This document shows, piece by piece, positions 12,900 to 26,701 of a DNA stretch of 64,000 nucleotides. Numbering within the stretch: the first letter of the stretch is position 1; the number at the start of each line of letters is the position of its first letter. The DNA comes from Octopus vulgaris (Eukaryota): positions 77,066,001 to 77,130,000 of the forward strand of contig OX597826.1 of the NCBI GenBank assembly GCA_951406725.2, read 5' to 3'. Position numbers and translations under genes: made by a program. The notes beneath the pieces are model-generated. The model saw nothing but the letters and a program-made list of their open reading frames with translations, searched no databases and had not been told where the DNA came from.

Positions 12900-13703
12900 T
12901 CACTATTTTTTTTAATTACATTTCTTCAATATACAGTTTTAATGTTTCTATAGGTTTTTTTTTATTATTGTATATTTATTAATTCTAATAACAAAGCTAT
13001 CATACTCGTGTATATACATATATATATGTGTGTGTGTGTGTGTGTGTTTATGTGTGTGCATCCGTTTTTCTTAATGTTTCTATATGTAACATACTTGAAT
13101 GTGTAAGTTCGTCTGCTGGACTATGTGTGTGTGTGTATGTGTGTGTGTGTGTGTGTTCTTTGAAACTTGCTTGTGTATCCGTTTGTTGATTTGTGTGCAT
13201 ATGTAAATGTGTATACGTGTATATACGTGTTTGCGTGTACGTCAGATGTGTTTGTGTGTGTGTGTGTGTGTATGTGTGTGTGTATGATTTTGAGGCTTTC
13301 CTTACCTGTATGTTTGATTCAGCCTGAGTTTGAGGGTATGTCTGTGTGTCTTTGCGCCCGCGCGCGTCTGTGTAATAGTGTGCACGTGTGTATCAGTGTG
13401 TGTGTGTGTGTATGCAGGAGGTAATGTGGTGTGTACGTGTGTGTGTACGTGTGTGTGTGTTTGTATGTGTTTGACCGTTCGTGAGTTTGTGCGAGTATGA
13501 AAGCATGTGTTTTATTGGGTTTTTTTTATGTTTGTGTGTATGTGTGTGCGTTTCTGCTTGTGTGCGTGTAGGCGTGGGTGTTTGTTTGTTTGTGTGCGTC
13601 TGTGTGTCTGTGTGCGTGTACATGAGCGTGTATATATTTGTGTATATACGTCTGAGTGTATGTGTGTGTGTGTGTGTATGTGTGTGTATGTGTGTGTATG
13701 TGT

Positions 13704-13742
<39 letters not shown>

Positions 13743-13775
13743 TGTATGTGTGTGTGCGTGCGTGTGTGTGTGTGT

Positions 13776-13809
<34 letters not shown>

Positions 13810-13914
13810 CTGTCTGTCTGTATTAGATGCGAGTAATTTATTTTGTCGTGCCTTAATTGAATTTTGAAATGCTCCAACTGATGGAGTTTTAGAATAATGA
13901 GATATTACAGACAC

Positions 13915-14490
13915 CGTCATCACCATCACCACCACCACCACCACCATCACCACCACCACCACCACCATCAACATCATCATGAGCGCCATCATCCCCGCCA
14001 CCAGCACCACTGCTACCAACACTACTACCAACAGCTTCAACAGCAACAACGACACCACGATCACCACCACCACCACCACCACCACCGCCGCCACCACCAC
14101 AATCCTTAACAGCACCGCCTCCACTCCCCTTCCATCAAACCAACACCTCCACTAAAACTACCAACAATGTGGCAACAACAATAACAACAACAACAACGAC
14201 GACGACGCCGCCTCCCACCACACTACCAGGAATAACCATAACACCACCACCACCAACACCACCACCACCACCACCACCACCACCACCATTACCACCACCA
14301 CCACCACCATCTCCATTACAACCACCACCATCATCTCCATTACCACCACCACCACCATCTCCATTACCACCTCTATCGCCATCTACACTTCCACCAATAT
14401 TAAAACGACCAAGAATAACAACACCGCTACCGTCACCCACCTCACCTCTTACAATATTACCACCACCACCAACAACAACAACAACCACAT
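13915..14490. repeat. (CAC/CCA/CAA)n low-complexity tract, preceded by a (GT)n-rich tract at 13100-13820
   Basis: Directly visible. It produces the poly-H, poly-P and poly-T pseudo-ORFs. Confidence 0.9.
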
Positions 14491-14939
14491 CAACAACAGG
14501 AGCCAACGTGATGAACCTCTACTCGTAACTCGAGTTGCTAGAAATAGCAGTCAAATTGAATTACCAAGACTGGACACTTTGGCTGATGATGACAAGCTGT
14601 TCGTGTTTGAAATGCCTTTGGTCATGCGTCAGCGCGGTTGGAAGAGACCTGGGCGTAAGCAACAACAACAACAGCAACAACATAAGCAAACAACGAGGTA
14701 TTCTCTACATAGTTAGACGACTTGCTAGAAATAGCAGCTAACTAAGTATCTCTCAGATTACTCCATCATATTAAAGGCAGCGACGATACACTGGATGATG
14801 TGGTGGTGGTCATGGATGAAACGCTTTTGCTTCACTGTTGAGCTGCGAGTGAAACAACAGTAACACTACAACAAATAATCTACAACTACTAACAACAACA
14901 AAAACACTACAGCTAACACATCATCACCACCACCACCTC

Positions 14940-15330
14940 TTTCTTTACTTCCCACACAGAGAGGACAAACACAGAGAGGGAAAACAAACGGATTAAGTCG
15001 AATATATCGAGCCCCAGTGCGTAACTGGTACTTATTCAATCGACCCCGAAAGGATGAAAGGCAAAGTCGACCTCGGCGGAATTTGAACTCAGAACGTAAC
15101 AGCAGACGAAATACCTATTTCTTCACTACCCACAAGGGGCTAAACAGAGAGGGGACGAACAAGGATAGACAGATGGATTAAGTCGATTATAACTGGTACT
15201 TATTTAATCGACCCCGAAAGGATAAAAGGCAAAGTCGACCTCAGCGGAATTTGAACTCAGAACGTAACGGCAGGCGAAATACCGCTAAGCATTTCTTCCG
15301 GCGTGCTAACGATTCTGCCAGCTCGCCGCC
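14940..15330 (-). mobile_element. SINE family A, dimeric copy
   Basis: Reverse complement of 55000-55310, including the internal junction aagaaataggtatttcgtct. Confidence 0.85.
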
Positions 15331-15747
15331 TTCACCATCACCACCACCATCCCCACTACCATCACTACCATAATCACCACTACCACCACCATCATCACAA
15401 CTACCTACGATTACAGCAACCCATTCACGGCGATCCCCACCGCCATCGGCAAGTACCGAATGCCCGTATTTGGTGAGTCGATATGCAAGAAATAGCTGGC
15501 AAATGTCCTTTAAGTCATAACTTACCATCTTCTAAAGGAAGAATACATTGAATAGTTTCGTCAAGTGTCTAATATGCCTGTAAATAAGGTGGGGTGGGCA
15601 AACCCGGAACGCTTTGATCCTATTTCTACCACACAAGAAATGGCGTCCGTCAAAATATCAACACAACAAATATTACACACACACCCTACGTCACCGTCGC
15701 CATCTTCAACAACAGCAACAGCAACAACGCCACCATCACAACACGCC

Positions 15748-15828
<81 letters not shown>

Positions 15829-16272
15829 AGCCATATTTTAACCTGGTGTCCTCTGCACATGGTTTCCACGAGCAAGCTTTATCTCTTATTATAAATCTTG
15901 CAGCTTCTCCGCATCTATTTGTCTGTCTGACATCTCAGCTGCTTAGTTCATAGTTTAATACTTACAATGTTATATGACTTTTAATTAGAATCGAGCATTC
16001 AGAGAGTGGAGGAATTTGAAGCTTCTACAACTAAACTAAAGCTATTGAAATTTACATTGGAAACGTTTGGTAAGGAATTGCTTTGAGTATATATAGATTT
16101 CCGCTCTTGTAAGTGATAGAAATGTGGTTCTATGCTCGGAGTAAAGCATAATGGCTTATTTTAATACTTTCATATATATAGAGAGAGGATAATATAACCA
16201 CGCGATAGCCAAATAACAACACGCGAGGTCTAAATGCACGTTATGAGGCTTTCACCTGAATTATACCTTACA

Positions 16273-16447
<175 letters not shown>

Positions 16448-16499
16448 CTAGATAGATATAGATATATTTATGTATGTATGTATTCATGTTTGTATGTAT

Positions 16500-16723
16500 T
16501 TTATCTTTTACTTGTTTAAGTCATTAGAGCGAGGCCATGCTGGGACACCGATTTCCAGAATTTCATTCGAACGAATTGACCCCAGGATATTCTTTGTAAG
16601 CCTAGTACTTATTCTATCGGTCATTTTTGCCGAACTGCTAGGTGACGGGGACATAAACACACCAGCGTCGGTTGTCAAGCAATGCTAGGGGGACAAACAC
16701 AGACACACAAACATACACGCACA

Positions 16724-16780
<57 letters not shown>

Positions 16781-16925
16781 GACGGGATTCTTTCAGTTTC
16801 CGCCTACCAAATCCACTGATAAGGCTTCAATCGGCACGAGGCTATAGTAGAAGGCACTTGCTCAAGGTGCCACGCAGTGGAACTGAATCCGGAACCATGT
16901 GGTTGGTAAACAAGCTACTTACAAC
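16500..16925 (-). mobile_element. tRNA-derived SINE family B
   Basis: Reverse complement of 52479-52940, with an internal (TA)n/(CA)n tract. Confidence 0.85.
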
Positions 16926-16969
16926 AAAGCATTTTATAAGCATTTTATAATGTTTCTTTCTTTTCTGGA

Positions 16970-17044
16970 AACTCGCCGCGTACCGGTAGCTGGCGGCTCG
17001 CGGACCGGCACCGGTCCGAGGACGACCAATTTGGGGAAGCACTA
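16970..17044 (+). mobile_element. Possible terminal fragment of a hAT (Charlie-like) MITE
   Basis: GC-rich palindrome cggaccgg-ca-ccggtccg followed by ttggggaagcacta, resembling a hAT TIR. The partner end was not found. Confidence 0.35.
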
Positions 17045-18044
17045 CTATAGAGACTTTGGTAAATAATGTGGAATTACTTGTAACATCGAGTATGGTAGGC
17101 GAATACTTTTCGTTCTCTCGATAGATTTTGATAGAGTAATTATTGGTGTATATTATTACTGAACGACTGGTATGTATATAATAATGACTCGAAGAGGTGG
17201 CGGACGGAGTGTGGCGCCGGATACAACGAGAAATAAATCATTCGTTTACAGTGTGAATCAAATCACATGTGTTTAACTTGTAAACACATACAGTAACATC
17301 TATCGAACACTAACAATATTAATTGAAGCAGAAGAAATTAAGACAGACGATAGCAATTATGAAAAACAACAAAACAATTTTCTCTTCCTTCATTATGTAA
17401 TAAGTTACACAGTAATTATTAGCTCTTGTTATGTTACAATTTAGGTTGTTTTTTTTAATTCTACATTGCTTTTGTTGTTTTTATTCGTATAGCAATCGAT
17501 GTTGTTGTTGATGATGTTGATGATGTTGATGTTCCAACATTAATTCCTGTACATGTGTTGTATTTTTCGTATAGATTTTCCCCTAACTTTGCTTTTCTTC
17601 ATAATGTTGTTGTTGTTGTTGGTGGTGGTGGTAGTGGTGGCAATGGTTGTTTTAGTTATTTAGTTTATTGCAGCGTTATATTTGCTCTCATCACACAAAC
17701 ACACACACACACACACAAACACGCACACACACACACACACACATTATATATATATGCATACATGGATAGAGAGAGAGATATACACAGAAACCCAAACACA
17801 TACACATACACACATGCACACACATGCACATACACACACATACATATATGGATAGAGAGATAGATAGATAGATACACACCTAGCCAAACACACACACACA
17901 CACGCACACACACACACAGACACGTATGCAAAGAGAGATGGGGAGAGAGATAATTAGCGCCAAAAAAGCATAAATTTCACATTTAGTTCAAACTCTGTGC
18001 TTCATAATAGATTCATTAAATTTAGTCACGAAATACACACATAC

Positions 18045-18360
18045 ACGTTATTGAGAAATCTGCAGTTATTCTACCCAGATTACAAGTTCAGGTTTATACC
18101 TGTAACTATTGGGGACCTAGGATATGTAACACACTGCCTAAATACTAATCTTGAGAAATTAGGCTTCTCAAAACCAGAAAGGAGAAAGCTAATTCAAAGA
18201 CTACAGATCCAATCTATCACTGGAACTGTAAAAATCTGTAAAACTTTCCAGAAGTTTAACATTTAATTATATATGAGTATGTCTAGATATGTAACTATAT
18301 GTATGGGAATATATACATAAAACATACAAATCTGCACATAAATGCATACATACATACATA
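18045..18360 (+). mobile_element. 5'-truncated RLE-type (R4-like) retrotransposon ending in (TACA)n
   Basis: LLRNLQLFYPDYKFRFIPVTIGDLGYV..LQIQSITGTVKICK matches the IP.I.GALG C-terminal block of RLE elements. A close copy lies at 60595-60897(-). Confidence 0.75.
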
Positions 18361-18434
18361 ATCTTATCGATGAACATTTTCGATGCTCTCAGCGAGAAAT
18401 ACACAGAGGATACTGCTGAGGTTAATCGGTAATA

Positions 18435-18671
18435 CAGTAATCCCTCGTCTATCGCGGGTGTTACATTCCAAAATACCCCGCGATAGGTGAAAATCCGCGA
18501 AGTAGAAACAGTACTGTATTGTATATTTTTTTTATTATTTTTATAATTTCTATATATTTTTTTTTATTATAAATGCAAAACAACACCACGGAGGAACAGA
18601 CGTAAGCTTAAATAATTGACCGTGATAGGTGAACCGCGAAAAGTGAACTGCGATATGGCGAGGGATTACTG
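18435..18671 (+). mobile_element. Tigger/pogo-type MITE with TA TSD
   Basis: TA|cagtaatccctcgtctatcgcg ... cgcgatatggcgagggattactg|TA. Confidence 0.9.
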
Positions 18672-18801
18672 TACTGACATATAATTATTTATTGGGTATG
18701 CATATCGCCAAATACACATTTGGGGTATATAAACATCTGCGTATATGTGGAAGTGTATAGCGATAAGCGGGAGATCTTTATAGGTAAAGGCAGACATGTA
18801 C

Positions 18802-18870
18802 TTTTGTCAATCTACTTCATTTTGGTTAATATATAAAGGATTGAGGTAACTCCTCCAGAAGATATAGAGT

Positions 18871-18913
<43 letters not shown>

Positions 18914-18986
18914 ACCAAAATGAAGTAGATTGACAAAATTATTTTTGAACCTGTTGAAGACACACAAGATGTCGAAATATCTTTCA
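18802..18986 (+). repeat. 26-bp inverted repeat around (TA)n, followed by a decayed hammerhead
   Basis: Arms at 18802-18827 and 18913-18938. 18946-18986 reads tgaac CTGTTGA a gaca-cacaaga-tgtc GAAA ta TC tttca. Confidence 0.6.
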
Positions 18987-19028
18987 CTAGATGACAATGG
19001 CACTCTTCTTTTAACTTTGATATTGTTA

Positions 19029-19105
<77 letters not shown>

Positions 19106-20955
19106 GTACGACGGTGAAGATAAACGATAAATCGGGAAATATAACAAAGACTGCTTCAAGTTATGTAACAGTGTTGTTGCTGTTGCTGTCGTTCTAGTTT
19201 AGACCTAAGTCAACCTTGATCGGTTGACATATGATCGACAACGTTCCTGCTGTGCAGTTTATCGTTTTCCTTCCAGACTCTTTTTATTAAAGTCGTAGGC
19301 TCTGATATCAGAGATATTTGACTTCTTTTTCTTGCAGGTCTGGTTACCACGTAAAATGTCTTATCGTCTTAAAAAGGGAAGGTATATTTGATAACATATT
19401 ACTAAGGACAGGATTAATATGGCTGGATCGCATTTGATCATAGGTATGTTCGATTAATGCTGACATGCAACACCACCAGCAACAACAACAACAATATAAG
19501 AATAAAGCATTAGGCATGTGTGTGCCCGCCCCCCAAAATACCTCCCTGAGAACTAAACCTTGATGGACTCAAGAATTGAAATCTACAGCAATGTCCGCAA
19601 AACATAGAGCGTACTAACTGTGCATAACCCAAAACTACAGAAATCTACTTTGGGAAGATCTTAAAGGAGACCTGAGATGGTGAATAAAGGGAGTGAGCAA
19701 TATTATGGTTGTAACAAGAACAAAATTATATTTGTGTCATAACAATGAAATGAGAAATGTGACGCAATATAGAAGAGATATTTATGATATGATGTTGATA
19801 AGCTAACGAGAGGAGTTTAGTCCGTATGTGTAAAACATTTGCAAGATTTTAGGTGTGACACATGTGTAATTTATGTGTGTAACACAGCGGTTAGTCTTTT
19901 GGTGTAACTCGTATGTATCAGATATATGAGAAAGAGGACAATATATTAGATTCGGTGGAGTAGTTCAGTGGAAATGTGTATCTATGGGAATAGTGTTGGG
20001 GTTAAGTGGTTATTTGGATAGATGTAAGAAAATAGCAATGTTGAGGATTGGTAAATGTTAAATATATGCAGTAGTAAGTTCATACAGAGATACAAGTGAT
20101 AAGTATAACAGAAGAGTAAATACATACAAGCAAAGGAAAATCAAATCAAAGTTACAGGTAGAAGAGACAGGTAAAGTTAACGGTTCTAATTTAGTTGTTA
20201 TAGTTGAGGAAGTGTTAACATAGTGTAATGAGCCAACATATTTCAATTAATTAGTTTTACCGTTACGTTATAATTTGTGAGCAGCATAGTGACAACTCCA
20301 GATTTGTACCAGCCTCATTAGATAGATTATTAGACCTTTTCACCAAGTATAGATTTTATAAAAGTTAAGGTTCAATTAATATTAATCATTGAGCAAAAAT
20401 TTTCCTCCCAACACTGCATGTTCGATTCAAAATTTTAAGCAACAAGAAAATCAGAGTTGTCTCCTCCTTAGTTTTATCCAGATTTGTTTAACAATAATCA
20501 TTGCGCTGAGATTTTTTCTTCTTCACAATACAACTGTAATATAATTTAATTGGAATGTGTTTGCTCATTACACTACATATTTTCGCACTGAAGCAACCAT
20601 AGTGGTTCGAATAGTATAGTTAGAAATAGAGACTCAGGGACATGCTAGAGTAGTTAAATAAAACTTGTAATACAGCTAGCGTATGTAAAAATTATACATA
20701 TGCATACATGCATACATATATATAACACTATATATATATATGTATGTATATATCTATGTGTATATATATATATATAATGTTAAACAAAATGTATCGCCAA
20801 GGCAAGCAGAAATATGCTGCATAGCATTAAATTAATATATGTAACCTAATAATAACCAATCAAGAATTTTGGTGTCAATATTTCCAAGTGTCCATAAACA
20901 CTGTACAATTCAATACAAATATTTGTTTACATATATATACAACTATATATATAGT

Positions 20956-21018
<63 letters not shown>

Positions 21019-21138
21019 GGTTTTTTATTCTATTGTCCATATGAAAGTGAAACAATTTTGGCGACTTTTTAACTATTAAAAGATATTTTAAATTTTACAG
21101 GACAACAACATTTTATGGACAACTTGTGAGCGTGTGAA

Positions 21139-21246
<108 letters not shown>

Positions 21247-21414
21247 GCTACGCATGCGTAGCAAATAATGACGTTCAAAGAATATAAGAAAGTTTTCTGA
21301 GTAGCTTACCTTACAACTTGGATCACCCACGCCGTCCCCGTATGGCAGAAATATCTGAAAATAGATATGCGGTAAATTAATAGGGTAACTAATTAAAGTA
21401 AAACTGCTGCTGCT

Positions 21415-21485
<71 letters not shown>

Positions 21486-21912
21486 TCATACAATATAAGA
21501 ACTTGTACATTGTTTTACGATCAACATTTAGATCAATCAATACAGTGCAGTGAATATATATTTTCAATATAATCGATGGATCTTAAAATTTTTATTATTA
21601 TTAGTTTCTGTGTTATATATTTGGCCACCCACATCTTCTCCCACCGTCACTAATGGCCTAAGTCAAACTGCATAGTTTTCGATTAGTAATATTTTCAAGA
21701 ATGAAATGTAGCTTCATCAACATGCAAAATCCTAGAATCGGCACAGAACTTCTCGAATCTTCAGTCGACCTCAACTGAACAATTTAGATCCTTCATTTGT
21801 AGAAATATATTTATTGCCATTTAAGTTAGAATGATTTGCTAAATTATACGCCAAATAATGAGCAGAGAAACAAAGCACATTCTATATTAAAAAGGAATTC
21901 AAGACATAATAG

Positions 21913-22188
21913 GTTCTGTATTTAAGAGATGAGGAATTATGTACATTATTTTCATTATTTACATTTGACGGATATTTGTCCTCATCTTGTTTATTGTGAA
22001 CACAACGTTTCGGCTGATATACCCTCCAGCCTTCATCAGGTGTCTTGGGCAAATTTCGACATCTGAGTCCTCCTTCCTGAGGTATTTTTCGGTGTTATTA
22101 TAATTATTTAGGTCACTACCTGGAATTGAACTCGGAATCTTGAGGTTAGTAGCCCGCGCACTGAACCACTACGCCATATGTCCGTGGG
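21913..22188 (-). mobile_element. tRNA-headed SINE containing a hammerhead ribozyme, with TSD cataatag
   Basis: The minus-strand head has A-box tggcgtagtgg and B-box gagttcaattcc. HHR at 21999-22044. cataatag occurs at 21905-21912 and 22189-22196. Confidence 0.8.
21999..22044 (-). ncRNA. Minimal type I hammerhead ribozyme
   Basis: gacac CTGATGA a ggctg-gagggtatat-cagcc GAAA cg TT gtgtt: intact core, 5-bp stems I and II, and palindromic AACGTT in place of stem III. Confidence 0.85.
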
Positions 22189-22481
22189 CATAATAGAGTT
22201 TCTATTTTAGTTTTTATGCAATTTTACACAATTGTTTTACATGATTACTTATGTAAATCTAGCCAATTGAATGACTTGCCCGGAGCAATGTAAGTCTTCC
22301 AAGCAAAATGTCTTGATCTTCAATAGAAGTCTTCATACCTTCATCTTATTTATCTTCATCCAGTATCTTCCACAAATTGATCAACTTAGACTGTTTTTGG
22401 TATGCTAGTACCTGTATATCAATGCGTGGGTCTCCAGAGAAGTAGATATTTTATCCTTGTGTGTCCTGAGTACCGAAGTGA

Positions 22482-22740
22482 TTGTAAGAAGACTGACATA
22501 CAATCGCTACCATACTGATTATGTTCATATACAGAACATCAACTTTTTGTGTTGTCAGCCAGCGCCTGCAACGCCACTGGGGCCAACTTGTATCTCTTGC
22601 ATAATCATCGACAGAATGGAGAGACGGGACTAGCATCCATGATTATGCAAGAGATACAAGTTGGACCCAGTCGCGTTGGAGGATGTTCTGTTTATGAACA
22701 CAATCAGTGTGGTAGCGACTGCATGGTAGTCTTCCTACAA
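22482..22740. repeat. Long imperfect fold-back (arms about 100-125 bp, 30-nt loop)
   Basis: 22482-22608 pairs with 22639-22740. The inner ccaacttgtatctcttgcataatcat is perfect, and the left arm carries a ~27-nt insertion. Confidence 0.85.
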
Positions 22741-23064
22741 CTCCTCCCTGAGATGAGACCGTAACTCCAAACTGAAGATTTTGTGACACATTCATTACAA
22801 CAGAACTTATGGGGAGGTTATGGTTAGGAACTAAGAAGGAACAATAAGAACGGAACGTAATAATTTGCGAATGGAAGATTTTGGTAACATTGGCATCAAA
22901 GAATGGAGTAGAAAACAGTAAATATGCCAAAACTAGGTCAAAACCTTTAAGTATTTGCCACCTCCCTTCCTCGTTACCACTTTCAACATTCCTAGCTCTG
23001 CAGTAACTTCTATTATATATTTTTAAAAAAAATGTTGGCATCATTTACCATTATGAACAGTATG

Positions 23065-23095
<31 letters not shown>

Positions 23096-23414
23096 CACAT
23101 ATGATAGTTGTCTAGTCCTTATGCAGAATTTGACCACCTTCTGTACCTATACCTTAGAACCATCATAGCATCTGATGTGTCTTTTAAAACCAGTCAATGT
23201 ATTGAAAAGACATCCACATAGATTCCATATCCGATTTTGACCACCAAGAGTTGCAGATACATACATACATACATAATTACATACATACATTTGTGTGTAT
23301 ATATACACACATACGTCCTTCTCTTACACTCTCCTTCTTAGAACTTTTTCTTCACCCGTTCCCTTCCGGTCATTTCGAAATGTAACAACATGTGAATCTT
23401 GAAATACAAAGGAC

Positions 23415-23459
<45 letters not shown>

Positions 23460-23502
23460 TTCACACACACACAGACGCGCGCATACACAGAGGCTGTATT
23501 AT

Positions 23503-23549
23503 CACAAATGTCTGATGATCGCTTACGTGAAACTGAGTAAGAATTTGTG
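23503..23549 (+). ncRNA. Candidate minimal type I hammerhead in a Penelope-like 3' fragment (about 23490-23640)
   Basis: cacaaat gt CTGATGA tc gc-ttac-gt GAAA c-tga-g TA aga atttgtg. The core is intact and distal stem I has 7 bp, but stem II is weak. Confidence 0.6.
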
Positions 23550-23652
23550 TAGAATTCTTTGAAGGCTTTGACAAAATAGTATTTTACTGCACCTTTAGTG
23601 CTTGTGTACTATTTTCCCACCATTTCCACCTGTGTTTACGTGTGTGCGTGTA

Positions 23653-23689
<37 letters not shown>

Positions 23690-24379
23690 TTTTTCACGTA
23701 TGTATGTATATATGTAGGTAAATATTTATGTATGTACGCATGTATGCATTACAGATTTACAGATACGACTCAGTGTACAGCATAACTTGTACATCTTCAA
23801 ACGTAATGAACTGTACAGAGTCGATATTCACACCTGGATGTTCACAATTGAACCAGCGAGATTTCAGTTCGTCTTTGCTAGAAACGCAGTGCAGAGATGA
23901 TGGTAAGAGAGGATTCTATAATAATTCCGTCAACATGCAGACATACTTACGGCACAGCCAGCTGCCACTCTCCAAGAACAATGGGTTTTGCATTAAATCT
24001 AATCATTTTCTCTCCATCACTATTAATACTTCCACAAACACACATACACACATATATATATATATACACTGGCAAAGCCTCTCTCTCTCTCTCTCTATCG
24101 ATCTAGTTATCTCTCCCTTTGTTTAACCGTTTCTGCTTTACTAAATATATACATACATATATGCATACACACACACATACACGCATACATACAGACAGAC
24201 ACACAGACAATTTACACACACATACATAAATACATACACAGACGCACATACAGAATTAGATATCTATACATACAAATGCATAATTATATTAATATATAAG
24301 TGCTTGTGTGTGTACGGGTGTATGCCTCTACATACATACTCGCATGTACACACGCACACACATACACTCACTCATACAG

Positions 24380-24418
<39 letters not shown>

Positions 24419-25099
24419 CATACACATACACAAGCAGCCAGCGAACGGATAAGTCAACGTGTCTATTGTGTATATTATATACTATGAATAGCTAACAGAT
24501 ATCGCTATGCTCTTTCCCTGCAAAGGATGTATATCACATAATTATATTTAGTTGACACCACGATATCCAGCAGACGTGTGAAATGTCTTAACAAATCATA
24601 TGTCGCTAAATGTATGGCATTAATAATTGACAAGAACGGAGTGACTGAGAGAGAGAGAGAGAAGGAGAGAAGGAGAGAGGGGAGAGAAACAGAGAGAAGG
24701 AACGTGGTGAGATAATGGGAAGTAGCAGAGATGGAAGGATGAGGAGAGAGAATAAGGAGGAAAGGAACGAGGGAACAGATGGAGATGAAAGTAGAAAAGG
24801 ATAAATAAGTTTCATAGAGTGAAGGAGTCGGTGAAAAAGGGAAGGGAAAAAAATAGAAAGTTTTGTAATGTAAAAGGGGCGAAGATTTCGATTCCTAGTT
24901 GGAGTTCGTATTACTTCACTTAAAACTGGGGACTTTTACAGCGTCTAAATATTGTACTTTGTATAAGGCATGAACCTCACAACATCTTATTCTGGTTAAG
25001 CAAACGAAAATCATCATTTATGATAAAATTCATTAATTGTATTTAACTTTATCAGGGGATATAATATGTGTGTATGTATGTATGTACACGTCGCACACG

Positions 25100-25730
25100 C
25101 AAACGCTCCCAAACACTTGGTTTCGGGTTCAGTTCCACCCGGTGGCACCTTGGGCAAATGTCGTCTAACATGGCCTCGGACTGCCTAAAGCTTTGTGAGC
25201 AGATTTGGTGAATGGAAACTGAAAGATGCGTATCGTATAGGTGCATGTGAATGTGTGTGTGAGTGTCTGTATGCGTGTGTAGGTGAGTGTGCGCGTGTGT
25301 CGGCGTGTGTGTGTGTGTGTGTGTGTTGAGTGTAGGTATCTGTGTGTGCGTGTGTGTCGTTGTGTCTATGTTTGTCGCCTACTTCCACCTGACAACCGGT
25401 GTTGGTGTGTTTACGTCTCTGTAACTTAGCGTTTCGGGAAAAACAGACCGATAGAATAAGTACAGGGATTCAGAAAATAAGTTCTAGGATGGAATCGTCC
25501 GACTAAAATTCTTTAAGGCGATGCCCAAGCATGGCCACAGTCTAATGACAAACAAAAGATCGCGTGGTAAGAAGCTTGCTTACCAACCACATGGTTCCGA
25601 GTTCACTCCCACAACATGGCACCTTGGGCAAGTGTCTTCTACTATAGTACTATAGCTTCTGACCGACAAAAGCCTTATGAGTGGGTTTGGCTGATGGAAA
25701 GTGAAAGAAGCCCGTCGTATATGTTTATAT
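25100..25730 (+). mobile_element. Two tandem SINE family B copies (near-full 25100-25558; 5' part 25560-25730)
   Basis: gggttcagttccac..ggcaccttgggcaa.tgtc and the 3' module match 52479-52940. Confidence 0.85.
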
Positions 25731-26096
25731 ATATACACACACATAGATGCGCGCGCGCGTATGTGTGTAATTTAGAATGGTTGTTAGGGACGACAGTGTG
25801 TACCGTAAGCTTTATTCAGCACGACGATCGTTTCGGCTTAAACCTGCGTTCTGTCTTCCCTTTCATTTATTTAAAATATATTAAACGTGCACCAAAGAAT
25901 TCCTTACGTAGATCCTGCGACGAAACTGCAGTAGCACGGATGACATCTGTTAGTCATAAGTAGTGAACGTGCCCTCAAGGCACACTACTAGGGATATACC
26001 CGAAACCGGGTTTGGATACTACGTTTTAAAGTCTCTTTTCTAAACTCTAAGTTTGACTATAACCTACACATATATGCATGTGTGCGCGCGTGTGTG

Positions 26097-26179
<83 letters not shown>

Positions 26180-26181
<2 letters not shown>

Positions 26182-26552
26182 ATCCTTTTTATAGGTTTCA
26201 GTCATTTGACTGCGGCCATACTGGAGTGCCACCTTTAGTCGAACAAACTCCGGGACTTATTCTTTGTAAGCAAGCTACATATTCTATCAGTCTCTCTTTT
26301 GCTGAACCGCTATGTTACGAAGACGTAAACACACAAAAATCGGTTTTCAAACGATGATGGGGGACGAGGCACACACAAACATATATATACGACGGGCTTC
26401 TTTCAGTTTCCGTCTACCAAATCCACTCACAAGGCTTTATTCGACCCGAGGCTATAGTAGAAGTCACGTGTTCAAGGTGCCATGCAGTGGGACTGAACCC
26501 GGAACCATGTGGTTGGTAAGCAAGCTACTTACTACACAGCCACTCCTGTGCC
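26180..26552 (-). mobile_element. SINE family B, full length
   Basis: Reverse complement of 52479-52940. Confidence 0.9.
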
Positions 26553-26560
26553 TATATATT

Positions 26561-26604
<44 letters not shown>

Positions 26605-26637
26605 CTTGGAAATGGATGTGTGGCGTTCAATCAAATA

Positions 26638-26698
<61 letters not shown>

Positions 26699-26701
<3 letters not shown>

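Noticed and set aside
13393-14528. Long ORFs encoding poly-His, poly-Pro or poly-Val (extensin- or formin-like)
   Set aside because: Pure trinucleotide and dinucleotide repeat open in many frames on both strands, with no domain or splice support.
22110-22188. Functional tRNA gene
   Set aside because: A and B boxes are present but the acceptor stem is poor, there is no adjacent T-run terminator, and it lies inside a TSD-flanked element, so it is a SINE head.
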